This document shows, in pieces, positions 47,454-60,388 of a stretch of 64,000 bases of DNA; position 1 is the first letter of the stretch; every line of letters starts with the position of its first letter. The notes beneath the pieces were generated by a model. It saw only the letters and a program-made list of their open reading frames with translations. It had not been told where the DNA came from and did not search any database. The DNA comes from Octopus bimaculoides. Lineage: Eukaryota. Where the stretch lies: contig NC_068985.1 of the NCBI RefSeq assembly GCF_001194135.2, forward strand, positions 31,364,513 through 31,428,512. Reading direction: 5' to 3'. The position numbers and the translations under genes are program-made.

Positions 47454-48330
47454 ATATACATACATACATATATATATCATCATCATCATCATTTAGCATC
47501 TGTCGTCCATTGGTTTAACCAGGGCTGGCAAGTTGAGAGGCTGCATCAGACTCCAATCTAATTTGGCATAGCTTCTATGGTGGGATGCCCTTCCTAATGC
47601 CAACCACTCTGAGAATGTAATGGGTGCCACAACTACAATTTCACTTGGTTTGATGAGTCTTCTTCTCAAGCACAGCACATTGTTAAAAGTCTTGGTCATT
47701 TGTCATTGCTTCCATGAGGCCCAGTGCTTGAAAGGTGCTTTTCATTTTCAATGCTATTGGCATGGGCACTACTTATGTGACACTAGCATTGGTTACATTG
47801 CCTCTGTGAGATCCAACATTCGAAAGGTGCTTTTTACATGCCACCAGCATGGATCCCAGTTACGTGACAGTGACAAGAGCCACTACTGTGATTTCACTTG
47901 GCTTGACAGGTCTTCTCAAGTACAGCATATCACCAAAGGTCTTAGTCACTAGCCACTGCCTCTGTGAGGCCCAACATTTGAAGATCATGCTTTACCACCT
48001 CATCTTGTGTCTTCTTGGGTCTCCCTCTTCCATAGTTTCCTTCCACTGGTAGAGATCAGCACTTCTTCACACAGCTGTCCACATTCATATGTATCACATG
48101 ACCATACCAATGCAGTCGTCTCTCTTACACACCACATCTAATGCCTCATGCCAGACTTTTCTCTCAAGATGTTTACACTCTGTGGTACATGCACACTGAT
48201 ATTGCACATCTAGCAAAGCATACTAGCTTCATTTCTTTCAAGCCTACACATGTCCTTGGCAGTCACAGCCCATGTTTTACTGCTGTGTAGCATAGCTGTT
48301 CACACAGACATCATACAATCTGCCTTTCTC
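46824..48330 (-). mobile_element. Two decayed RTE fragments (46824-47270, 47476-48330) with a SINE head between them
   Basis: Family tails at 46824 and 47476; a decayed RT C-terminus in 47950-48330. Confidence 0.7.
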
Positions 48331-50325
48331 TCACCCAACCTATTCTTATTCTAGCAGCTATGCTCTCAGGGTATCCACCCCAGCTACTGACTTGGTCACA
48401 AGGTAATGGAAGCTATCAACTACTTCTAGTTTTCCCCCTGTAGCATTTGATGGAGTCTATTTTCTGTACATTTTTAATGTTAATTGTATCTGTGCACCTT
48501 CCACACACAACAGCTAATTTCCCTGTTAACCTTCCTCTGATATTGCTCCACCACTTATGTGATCATAACTTACATATACACACATATATGTGTATACATA
48601 TGTATACATACATATGTGTGTGTTACTGTCTCCTTCTCTTGACATCATGTGATAGCTGTAAACAAATATCAGTGTCATGCAAGCAGTGTTCTTCATTCCT
48701 AATCTTCCATAAGAACATGTCTGGTTATGGGGAAATATTGCCTTGCTTGGAAACAGGTAAGGGTGGTGACAGGAAGGGCATCTGGCCATTGGAAATTTAC
48801 CTCAACAAGTTTAGCCTGATCCATGCACACATGGAAAAGCAGATGTTAAAATGATGATGATGATGATGATGCAGCAAATGAAAGAGAGTTACATACTCAA
48901 TTTGCTGCTCCAATAAGCACTTACCACATTACTAGTATCTATTTTACCAAAATTCTGCATTCTGAAATACTACATCCTGCAATAATTACTCATTTTTTAT
49001 AAAGCTCATAGCTGAACACTGCTCCCACTCTTGGGACAGAGCTGTTGTTATACACAGACATCCAGCATGTAAGAAAAAAGGCCACCTAACTGACTGACAC
49101 GAAGCCATTCACCAACACCTTCTAACTTCTAACCTACAGATGTCTCCTCACCCTGCCTTCCTTACTGCTACCTACTACAGTGGCCTCTGCTAATCAGACA
49201 TGGCTGACATATTCCATGATTACTGAGACTCTCCCTGCTTTCTCCTTCTTTCATCATTTATATCGTGTTGTCATTTCCAGATCTCACACTAATCACTTCA
49301 TCCAGTCCTTCCTCCTTAGAATGTCAACTTTTGGAAATTTCCTTTCTACCTAGGGGTTTATCTGCAGCCATCAACTTGTAACTGTTTAAGAGCAACATTT
49401 AACATCATTGATCTTACAACTCTTATAGGGTCTTCAAATTGCTACAGACACTGCCCCTTCATCCAAACAAAACCAAAAAAAGAATCTTAGCTGATGTAAA
49501 TATCAACCACAATAAATAACAAAGGACCATCAAAGTGTTTCATCAAGCAGGTGGAAATAGCAGCCAAATCTTCCTCAAATCGCATCCTACCATTTTAGAT
49601 GAGGAAAAGACACATTAGATAATGTAGCCCTTTATAGCCTTAAAAAGGTGGGGATGGTCACTGCTGGAAAGCCTTTGGTCAGAGGTCTACCCTTCTGCAA
49701 GATGCTCGTAAGGGCCATTGTTAATGTTGGTTAACTTGTGATCTCCTGAGTTAAATCAACAACAATTGCAGTCAAGTCTTCGGTGTTACAAAAGGAAAAG
49801 ACACATTGGATAATCTAGTTTCTAATAAGATGCGATGGCTTCGGTAGGAAAGCATTTTGTTATGGATTTGCTCAATCACAGCTGACCTTTGACGAAACAA
49901 CGGGACTCTATGCGGTCGTTCGACCTAATAGAAATAGCAGTTAAATCTTCTTTACATCACTATCATGTTGAAAACAAAAATGACACAAGCAATATATAAA
50001 GTCATGAATATTGAAAGGGACGGCGACATAGTTATAGGTAGAACAGCATTAATCATAGATGTGCTAACTCAGGTCAGGCGTAGGGCTAAATAACACATTT
50101 CGGTAAATTTTCCACAATCCTATATCGACATAGGCGCTCGGGATAGAATTTGTACATCATTATTAGTACGCCTAATTACATTGAAATCATATAGTGTCAG
50201 TGTAGAAATACCGAGTTACAACTAATATGTAACTCTATCGTAGTATGTAGTAATCAGATACAAGCACCGTAAGCTTCTGACCAATCTTTGCAAATCGGTT
50301 TCGATTCCGAATTGAAGCCATATAT

Positions 50326-50650
50326 GTCACTAATGTCACTGAGAAAGCCATGAACGTCACAAAGCTCGATTCTCCACCTCCTTAAACCCGAGGACTTGAA
50401 CCAAAATAAAAAATGTGTATTAAAATATATATTTATCTAACAGCCATGATATGTAAAAGTCATTACACTGCCATGTAACCACATTTGCTACACGGAACTA
50501 TGCCGAAGTACTATATTTATTAACATGTTTGTTATCTCTCTAATTACAAAATGTATTAAATTCTAATTTAGACACAAAGTCTTGAATGTATAACCGAAGA
50601 GAACAGCTGAGTTTGTGACATTCATGCCGTTCTCAAAGACATTGCAGACA
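50326..50650. mobile_element. Degenerate MITE-like inverted repeat
   Basis: About 45-bp imperfect inverted repeats at about 50326-50375 and 50600-50650. Confidence 0.4.
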
Positions 50651-51124
50651 CTGGCGTAATGAAATGACAACACAGAGGAATAAGAACAAGATCGCAATCT
50701 CGTTTCACCGGGGGTTTTCCACTAATGTGCACTCATTATAACAACATAAAAGCCGAAATAAATAAAATTATCAGGAAAGCAGCTTAAAATTTGTTACGTC
50801 ATTATATTGTTAAGAACTGAAGAGATTCTTTCAAATACTCTTTTTCTGCGTTTGCAACTAAACAATTAACAACAAGTAGCATGTTTATTACGTACAAAAA
50901 CGGTCCAGTCTAAGTCTTATTTCGATGATAGGTAGGATCGATCCAAGTTTCTTCGCTAATTTTTCATCTAGCGCCCCTCTTCCCCCTTATAACATAGCGG
51001 CCGTTTCCATGTCAGCAGGGAGAAAGGGGGAGTAGGAGCAATCTACTTCGACAGGAAGGTTCCAAAGTGGACGCCATTGCCAGGGGTGGGGGACACAACA
51101 AAGACCTGCGCTCATCTCGCTTAC

Positions 51125-51300
51125 CTTGTTTCCATAGACTGGGCGTCATGCAACCGCCCTAGGATGTTTAGTAATTGCACTGAGAGCAAGTTCGTCGCAG
51201 ACGTATAGATCTGTTGAATGCAAACACAAGTAACGTCCAACGATGTCTTCTTTGGACAGCTCATATACAGCTTGACCTACCTCCTCTGCCTAATGGCCAA
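51125..51300 (-). other. Candidate non-coding first exon of PRDM10 in a CpG-rich promoter region
   Basis: Strong donor CAAG|gtaagc at 51125/51124 inside a CpG-rich segment (about 49850-51400) upstream of the 45231 acceptor; TSS unknown. Confidence 0.45.
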
Positions 51301-52149
51301 ATCACGCAGTTTCTCGCATTAACTAGCGCATAATCTCGTAAGCCTTACATTTGCAGACACTCTCGTTCAAAGGATCGTTCTCTCTTGATATGATTTTTTA
51401 ATTGTATTTACGCTTATTTTTTGTTACATTCCATATATAGTCCCTGGTTAACATGTGATGAAAATTATTTAAAAATACTGTTTAAGTATTACTTACAAAA
51501 TTATTTTATATGCAAAAAGAACAAAAACAATTATGTTTGCTACAGGGAATGGAAATGTTTTCATGACGTTTCAGAAATACTACATGTAAGAGATTAAATT
51601 GGCATATCTAGCTATAATAAGTTAAGGTTTATTGAGTTATTGTATTTTTCTTTTATTATTATTGCAGTAGACATAATAGAGCTTCAGAGTATATTTACGT
51701 TTTCAAAGTTCAAATTTCACCAGGGGCTGATAATTTTTTTTTTAACCCCAAAACCACAGTACCACTGATATACTACTTCGAATCAATCGAATATAACCAT
51801 TGTGAAGTGTTGTAGAGCAGGAGCCGAAATCACTTCGTTTATTTTAATTCTTCGTTATTTTTCAATCTGTAGTAATTCTGGCAAAATTTAATTAGCACAT
51901 CGCTTTTCTGAGTTTAAACTGTTCCACCTAAGTTTCCTTTCGTCTCCCTGATTGATGTAATTAATTAATGTTACAGTGTTACTATAGAAATATATTTCGC
52001 TAAAAGTACGTGATCAACATAAATCATTTTCTGAAAAAAGCGAGTCAAATGGGTCTCTGGATTATTGGTTCTTAGCCAAATGTTCACTTCTCATTAGACT
52101 TTTGCAGTTTTCTAACGTAACGTTTGAGAATTATAGGTGACTGTGTCGC

Positions 52150-53395
52150 TAGAAAGTTTATTATCATCATGATTTGTCTTCAATGAAGATTCAGGAAAGG
52201 GGCTGTCCACATCGACTGCAAGCTTGTGGTGGTTGACTAGGCCAATACGGAAAAAGTAGACCCAGCTATTAGAAAATTTCCATTTTGGATTCAAAGCTGC
52301 TGTGTCATGGTTTTTAATCTCTTTTTGCCATCAAAAACAGTCCTACGTGCATTCTTGAAGGAGGAGATAGACTGGTGAATGGTGCGTTACCAAACCTTAT
52401 GACATACCATCCTTCAGATCACTGACAATAGTCAACGTGATGGATTTCTTTAGAGACTCTTCGTACAACCCTATCATTGATAGCAAGTGGAGAGTTTACC
52501 ATACAACACAATCTTGAGTAGGCAATGATCTTCTTTTCGAGAAATGTACTCTGCCCAACGCAGCTGTAAATTTAACAGCATTGCCTCAATGCGGGTGATT
52601 TCGAGGACCTCAGGATAGTACCAAGTTAGCACTAGCGGAAGCGCTCATGGAATGTTATGTGGTAATAGTAGGTAACTCATGATTTGGAGCCAAAGAGAAA
52701 GATGGTCAGTTTGTTATTCCAGACTCTTTTATACAGTCTGTTGAATGCAGTGCTTGCTTTTGTCATTCTCTTGTCAAACCCTTTATCATCATACAAGATT
52801 ATGCAATTCAAGTAGCCGACCTGTTGGACTGTCTTCAGCAATGTCTTGCCAACATTGAAGATAGTAATCTTTGTGAAGCGCGTAGCTCCTGAATATGTTG
52901 TTCCAGTGTCTTGGTATATAGTCACTTAAAGTTAAACAGGCTGCCATTAGTAGAGCAGTGGATGTAGTGATCAGTCTCCTTGTCATCAAATTCTTTAGTG
53001 GCCCTTATGAGCTGAAGGAGATGTTGAAAGTAGACACAAGAATGCAACCATGCTTTAAATTGTTTTCTATTGGGAAGGGCTTTGAGAGTTCGTTGCTGAG
53101 TCTCATTTAGCCACACCAGTCTTCAGTGTACCTGTATGACTATGATGTGGAGTTTGGTGGGGACAACCCACTCATTCTATGATTTTCCACATGCCCTTCA
53201 CGCCCAGTGTCGAACGCTCTGTTAAGGTCTACAAATGTCACATACAAACCCTTGTTGTATTCCCATTTCTGGAGCTGCCTGGGAACAATTCCATGTTGGC
53301 TCCTGTTAGCTCTGAATCCACATTAGCTCTCTGGGAGGTGTTCTACAAAGAGGAGTACCAGTTTGTTCAGAAGTATTCTTGAGAGGATTTTTTTT
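52150..53395 (-). mobile_element. Second RTE-like LINE family, decayed RT with a C-terminal zinc-finger-like end
   Basis: NGSLFNF, YLNCIILYD..KASTAFNRLYKRVWNNK and FRIGLVNH motifs in broken frames. Confidence 0.7.
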
Positions 53396-53407
53396 TTGCG
53401 ATGGAAC

Positions 53408-53779
53408 TGTAGTGACGTCATATTGGCGCCAAAAGGCAGGCGCCATTACTGAATCCTTAACCACGCATGCGTGGGTTTCAACATCGAAGCGTTCCCGCTA
53501 TTATTCGGTCTCTTACCAAGGCAGACAGCGACCAAGCAAGCTCTCCCATTTGAGTGTGGTTGAATCAAGTTGTCTCTATAACGACACCAGCACGAAGAAC
53601 CGTACATCTACATTTCAGGCTACTCTAAAACCGGACAATTAGATGCTGTTTACCTTTTCCACCGAACAATAAATATTTGTTGTTGTTGATCAGTTTGGAG
53701 TTTCTGCGTTCGGTTCTCTTCCAATTTAATGTAGGAGAGTTAGGTGTATATCTAAAGATATATAACCCACTCTCCTAAA
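53408..53779 (+). mobile_element. Solo LTR related to the 10359-12525 element
   Basis: Starts TGTAGT; shares tcaacatc.aagc.ttcccgct and the 3' end (agtttggagtt..atatataacccact.tccta); flanks GAAC/GAGC (TSD with one mismatch). Confidence 0.8.
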
Positions 53780-54555
53780 GAGCGAAGAGTTATTCTCCAA
53801 AACAATAAAACGGAGATAACTCCAATAATATTAGTTAACGGAAATTTTAAGTGAAAGTGACAATCATGTTGCTTCTCAATGAAGCAAATTCCACTCAGTT
53901 TGCAAAACTTAAAAGCAATCACTATATATAGATCAACCCACTCCTATCTGAGATTTGGTTCCTTTTTCTAGCTGTTCAAGTGACCATGTAAAGATTCCTT
54001 TGTTGGTTCTCACCTATAAAAGAGCTGTTCTACACATTCATTCAGTCTGGTCAGAAGATGTCTGTTAAATGTATTCAAGAAACGCTAATTTTTGGCAACT
54101 TTATTAAAAAATAACAAAGTCAAAGGAAAACAAAAATATTATCTGCTTTTATGATTCAATATAGTTTCCTTTCTGTTGTGTTACTAATGTCAGTGCATTT
54201 GCCAGTTGTGAAGAAGTTCTCTAAAATGAGATGATCAGCTCTTGCTGGTACTATGAAAGTACTGTTACAAAGCCTTTTAGACAAAAAAATGTTCTGAGTG
54301 ACATTTCAGTAAACACTAATCAGATTGCACGAGGTCGTCTGCATTATTGTAGGTTACTTTCAATAAATGAATTGATAGGAAACGGAAATAATAATGTTGT
54401 GAGACCATGTATAACAGTTTCAAATGTCAATTGCTTATGCTCAAAGGGTGACCGTTCTAGGCATTATTCCTGGCATTACCTCGAAAACCTATGGTCTTGA
54501 AATAGCTACTATACTCCCCAAACTCTAACTTTCTCTGTTTATATCCCATCTTTAA

Positions 54556-55360
54556 CCCTCTGGTGGTGCAGTTCTGTTTTTTTCATGGTTAGTTTGATGA
54601 GGTATGGAGAACCCCACTCATAGTTTTAGCTATTTTTAGTACATTTTATTACTTTATATGTGGTCTTAAGTAATAATATTATCAAAAAACATATTCTGAT
54701 ATAATGTATTTATTTAACATGTAAACAAAATAAATGAGTATTCTTTGAAAATGAAGGTCAAAACAAAAGGAAGCTGTTTTTTGGTGGGGAGAGCGCTCCT
54801 TTCATATCTACTTGTTTATTCATTGTTTGCACTATCATCTTTATCTCTCTGAGCAATACAAGTGTGCATAGCATATTCCAAGCAGATGGGCTTATACCAC
54901 TTCTGGCGGCAATTTCTTGTCTTACGATCTTTTGACCTGGAGCACAACGAGCATCTTTGTATGGAATCTCCATGATGTTTTGGAGGTAATTCCTTAGATG
55001 CTGAGAAATGTTGAATCTTCCTTTTTCAAGTCTTTCCTTAAATATGAGTTTGTTTTGCAATGAGGGATATGGTCCTCCACCAACTTTCGGTGCCTGATAG
55101 CTGTTTGAGAGTTTGCCATAAATATATTGTATGCTTTTATTCCTGCAACATTGAGGTCAATGTCGAGTATTTCTGGAAACATTGTAGATGGAACACAACT
55201 GATCCACGGTGTCTACCCCTTCTTTAGTTAGTACTGTTGTAGAAGGTAATAATCTCAGGTTTTCTTTTTTCTTTTGTACTTTCATCAATTGCAGCATCAT
55301 GATGCATTGTGCCCAGTAGGACAACATTTTTACCTTTCTTGGGAACATATGAAGTCAGTG
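54556..55360 (-). mobile_element. piggyBac transposase remnant (3' part)
   Basis: SYVPKKGKNVVLLGTMHHD..KPEIITFYNST/KEGVDTVDQLCSIY and a Cys-rich tail RCSLCSRSKDRKT; frameshifted; TTAA|CCCTC end at 54552-54560. Confidence 0.85.
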
Positions 55361-56024
55361 TAACATGGCTTAGATTGTCTGGATTATAGCTACATGGGCA
55401 CTTTACTTTACCCTACTTTGTAATTGATTTTGATGTGAACTGATTGCCGATTGCGCACGAGAAGCTTACTGTGATAGCTGCATGATACTTTGAACCAATA
55501 TTTTATACTACTCATTTACGCACACACACACATGTAGGAGCTCTCTAAGCCCTGTTTAACTGAAATTCGAAACCGAATCTACACGCTTGTTGCTTCTGAT
55601 TCCTTTGTGTTTTATCGCCATGCTGATCTGACCTCCTAGGACCTTTGCTGGTCACTAAAGGGTCAGTCCTTTGTTTTAGGTTTGACCTACTTCCTGGCCA
55701 TACCCTATATAACTCTCTCTTTTTTCTTCAGTCCAATCGGCTGGCACAGAACACACGTTCGTGTCAGCCGTTAACCAGGTGCAATAGCATCGGCCGATTC
55801 GGAAAGGGGCATCGCAACCTTACCCTTTCTTCCTCCCTGTCAGCAGAAGGCATAGATCACACACAACCAACAACCAGAGAGCCAGCAACACATCAACACT
55901 ATTGTCAATTACTATGTATATTTTACTAACTACGGATCTAGTCTTTCTCGCACGCAAAATGAGGCCCCTCAATTTTGGTGTATCGATGCAACTCTGAATT
56001 TTGATTACGATCAACCAATTAGTT

Positions 56025-56600
56025 GGATCTATTTTAAAACGGGGGCGCCAGTTTTCATTTGTTTTATGTAGTGTTTTTGGTACGGAAAGACTTTCAAACT
56101 TCGTATACTTATCTATTTTGTGTTATAGAACAGAAAAATATTTTTGTATTCGAATTTATTTCATGTAAAAAATTGTCTTATTTCGATAATTTCTACTAAT
56201 CACTGACGTCTATTCAGTTGAAAACAGTTAGCGCTGTAACGGTGTATATCGTATTAATCCCCTAACTAGACTGTTAACCGTAACCGTAACCCTAACTCGA
56301 GAATCCGAACTCTAAAATTGTTACACACATAGATACGCACAGCGTAATTTATTATATAAACAATATATGCGTATAAATTACGATTAAACCGGATGAAATA
56401 TGGCACAGGGAATAACATTTTTATGACCGCCCAGCAGTGATTGGTTGAAATTACAGAAATACGACAACTTTCACATGGAATAATTTGCGAATTCCTTTTT
56501 TTTGTTAAGAAGATGTTTTATATGACACATTCTACCAGTGTCCCAAGTTTCAAAGTGTTTCGTTAAGAAAATACTGGCGCCCCCGTTTTAAAATAGAGCC
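56025..56600. mobile_element. Merlin-type MITE (GGATCT family)
   Basis: 28-bp TIR ggatctattttaaaacgggggcgccagt (1 mismatch); flanks AATTAGTT/AATTAATC; central TAACC(G/C) repeats. Confidence 0.8.
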
Positions 56601-57127
56601 AATTAATCTCGTAAATTAAAGAATGGGATGTTATTTGGAATTAAAGTTAGGAAATTTGGTTGATTTTAGCCAATCAACAGACAGCGTGGCATTAGCAGCT
56701 TGTTACCATGACGACCGCATGCTATATGCTGTTGTCTGTTAATTTTTCACACTTGATTCTTCAAACCACGAGATTCTTTTCACCCGCATGTTTTGTTTTA
56801 ATTTTTCTGTGTTTGTAAATTATATATTTTTCTGTGCTTCTGTGTTAGTATTTTTCTGTACTTTTTCTGTGTTAGTATTTTTAGATATTATTCATTTCAT
56901 TTCATATATTTTTGGAACTCATTGACTCAGCTGGATTTATGATTTCACTAGGTTAATTTTATTCATAAAAATTTTAATTAGGAGTATTTCTTAGGTCAAT
57001 TTTATTCATAAAAATTTTAATTAGGAGTATTTCTTAAACCGTTAGCTTCACATTTCAACAGCTTAAATTAAATTTAACCCACGTAACAGGAACTGAGAGG
57101 GATATCGTGGAACAGAGAAAGTGTTTG

Positions 57128-57689
57128 GGATCTTTTTTAAAACGGGGGCCACATTTTTCATTAATGTTTTACGTAGTGTTTTTGGTACGGAAAGACTTTC
57201 AAACTTCGTATACTTATCTATTTTGTGTTATAGAACAGAAAAATATTTTTGTATTCGAATTTATTTCATGTAAAAAATTGTCATATTTCGATAATTTCAA
57301 CCAATCACTGACAAGTATTCAGTTGTTTACATTTACTCCTTGGCTGATTAAGCGATGTAAAGCGTATTTAATCTCCATACCTTCGTTTTATTTGCTTTTT
57401 TCATTTTAAATTTGCTTTAACCCTAACCCTAGGGTTAGGGTTAGGGTTAATTGTTTCAGAATCGTTTGTTTATGTAGTCGGCACTTAATGTATATCGGCT
57501 GAATGGACGTCAGTGATTGGTTGAAATTACAGAAATACGACAACTTTAACATGGAATAATTTATGGATTTCTTTTTTTTTTTAAGAAGACTAAGAGAAAA
57601 AGATGTTTTATATGACACATTCTACCAGTGTTCCAAGTTTCAAAGTGTTTCGTTAATGAAAAATGTGGCCCCCGTTTTAAAAAAGATCC
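57128..57689. mobile_element. Merlin-type MITE (GGATCT family)
   Basis: TIR ggatcttttttaaaacgggggccacatttt, perfect 8-bp TSD AGTGTTTG; collinear with 56025-56600 except at the centre. Confidence 0.88.
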
Positions 57690-58172
57690 AGTGTTTGTGA
57701 TACAGCTAATTTGAGATTTTTGAATTCTGCATGCAAAAACGTATAAGATACAGGTATTCTTCTCTTTGGGACAAATTCTTTGTTGATCAGTGTTATTCTT
57801 ATCGTAGTTTACAAATCCAAGCATGAAAACAACGAAGAGACAAAAGAAACAGTAAGATAATACATGTTGATTTTATTAGGTATTTCTGTTTAGGTAAATT
57901 TTCAGATTAACACCCGCACGATTTTCACTAGGGTGTTAGGGCTTTAGGATCAGGGTTAGTGAATTCCGTCCCTAACCCTCAGTTTCTCTACATACTCCTA
58001 CTCCTTCTCCCTCCTATCAAGTTCACTCACCTTCACAACCTCTCTCCTCCCTGTCACTCATCTAGCATTCCATTTTGAGCATACCTTCTACGCATACATA
58101 TTATCTAATTTTAGGGATTCAACAGAATCAAAGCACATCAACACATAGGATGTTGGAATAGCTAGGCACGAT

Positions 58173-59919
58173 GGCGGAATTCTGGTTTAAGCACCCCATA
58201 TAACTTTTTTATTTTGGGGAATTTTCAGAAAAATTTTGTGAATTGGTGTTCTGCACACGGGAATTCATACGATTATGCAGATTTTAAAATTAATTTTTGT
58301 AATCCCCACCCCTCATTAAATCCTAAAATGGCAGAGACGGACTATATGTAATCTGAACCTCCCCCCCCTTATTTATTTTTTTTACGGAATCCCACGTTTT
58401 AGGCTATGAAGATTCCGATTCTGAAAAAAAATTGTTTGAAAAATTTCAATTCCCCACCCCCACCAAGCAGGCTATTTACATGCTAGAAATAACAGCCAAA
58501 TCTCACAAAACTAGTGTTAGGGTTAGGGTTAGGTTTACAGTGTGGATCTATATAAAAACCGGGGGTGGGGGAGTCAAAATTTTGAAATTGAGATTTTTGA
58601 AAATTTTTTTTCAGAATTGGAATCTCCATAGCCTAAAACGTGGGATTCCGTAAAAAAAAAAATAAGGGGGGAAAGGTTCAGATTACATATAGTCCATCTG
58701 GACCGTACAGACAGTCCAAATCTGCCATTTATGGCTACAAGTTGAGAAAGTTTCATAAATACAGAATATATTTTTAACAAGTTGAAAGAACGAAAGGACA
58801 TCTTTTTCTCTCTCTCGGTCACCGACCATCGCTTTCTTTCTTTGCCCATGTGCTTTTCACTCGACATTTCTTCACATCAAATTGAAAGATAGCCCCATTT
58901 ATTTCTGTTTATAATTTCAAAATAACTTTGAGATCCAAGTTCAAAAAGTTAAAAATATTCGCACATAAGCACGGCCTATTATACCATCTAGGGTATTCCT
59001 TCGTTTTGACTCGATTTTTGGAACATGTGTTGTCTTATCAACTGTCAGTTGACGAAATGGGAAAAGCTAATGGGTTGTACGTGCGTGCGTGCGCGTGCTT
59101 GTTCCTCTGTTTAAGCACGTACGCGCACACAGAGATGAACAAGCACGCATGCACACACACACAAAGAACAAGCACATCATATAACAGGTCATAACTTTTG
59201 TACTTTTTGGTATTTTCAGAAAGGTTTGCAAATTTGTGTTCAACGCACTGGACCTCGCACGATTATGTAAGAAAAAAAATTAACAAATTAGACTTAACCC
59301 GTATCGAAAAGCTTGAAGTCATTGCCTGAATTTATCCACAGTGATTTAAAAAAAAAAAAGGTATATAAAAGATAATGGTTAATGTTTACAACTTACCTGG
59401 AAACGAAAATCAATATATTTTTCTGTTAGTAAATGTTCTCTTCTTATAAGCCGAATGGGGATATGAATTACAAAAAAAAATTATGCTTAAATCTGAGCAA
59501 TGGACAACCCTTGAACGCATCATCATGCTGTTAAATGTATTCATGAGGAGAAAATATTGAAAAACATTAATACATGTCAGAATGACAAAGAAACGAGGGA
59601 AGTGGCAGGTGGTTGTGGGATGTGCTAAAAGCAACAGCTAAATTTCTTTAAATCACACACCTTTTCGTCTGAAAATTACTTTGAAATTATAAACAGAAAC
59701 AAATGGCAGATTTGGACTGTCTGTATTTTAAAACTATGATGAAAAAAAATTCGAGGAAGAGTGGAAATTTTAGGATTTATAGTAGGAGGGGATTAAAAGG
59801 TTAAAAAAAAATCGTATCAATTTCCACATGTAGAACACAAATTCGCAAAAATTTTCTGAAAATCCCCCCCCCCCCAAGTTATGAGGGGTTATATGGAGTG
59901 CTTAAACCAGAATTCCGTC
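58173..59919. mobile_element. Large foldback-like element with a nested palindromic MITE (58339-58695)
   Basis: Terminal inverted repeats g(g/a)cggaattctggtttaagcac; inner inverted arms at about 58700-58930 and 59670-59725; the nested element GGACTATATG..CATATAGTCC has central TTAGGG repeats; TSDs unclear. Confidence 0.6.
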
Positions 59920-60388
59920 ACGATAACATAGAGCTCACAGTCAATTAAACAACATGAAATATATCAAGTATTGTGAGAATATCGTAAATTGTAGATCCGA
60001 CTGTACCAACTTTTTGCTCGTTAATACAATGAATCAACGGCGCTATTGTTCACAAAATGCTAAATAAACTTTTACTCTTTAGAAGTAAAGGTACTAAGGG
60101 ACGTAACTGAAATTAAAATAGGCGCCGGTGACTCACAATCTTGTGGTTGTCTGGAAATCTAACTTTTCAGCGTAAGTCACACAAATCATAATTTTTATAT
60201 TGAAATCGTCGTATCTTCTACTTGTATTTTTTTCTTTTTACAGCTTCTTTTTCACAAGCATTGTTATGCAATTAATTTCTGTGCTATTTTATTCGATTGT
60301 CTATTAGAGCCATATACCGTTGGATTGCAGTTGATCTATTCAAATTTGAATGTGTATCCGAACACTGGAAGTAATCAGTTGGGATTTT

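Noticed and set aside
55360-55930. Possible solo LTR (TGTAAC start, TATA box) truncating the piggyBac remnant
   Set aside because: No matching terminus or TSD found.
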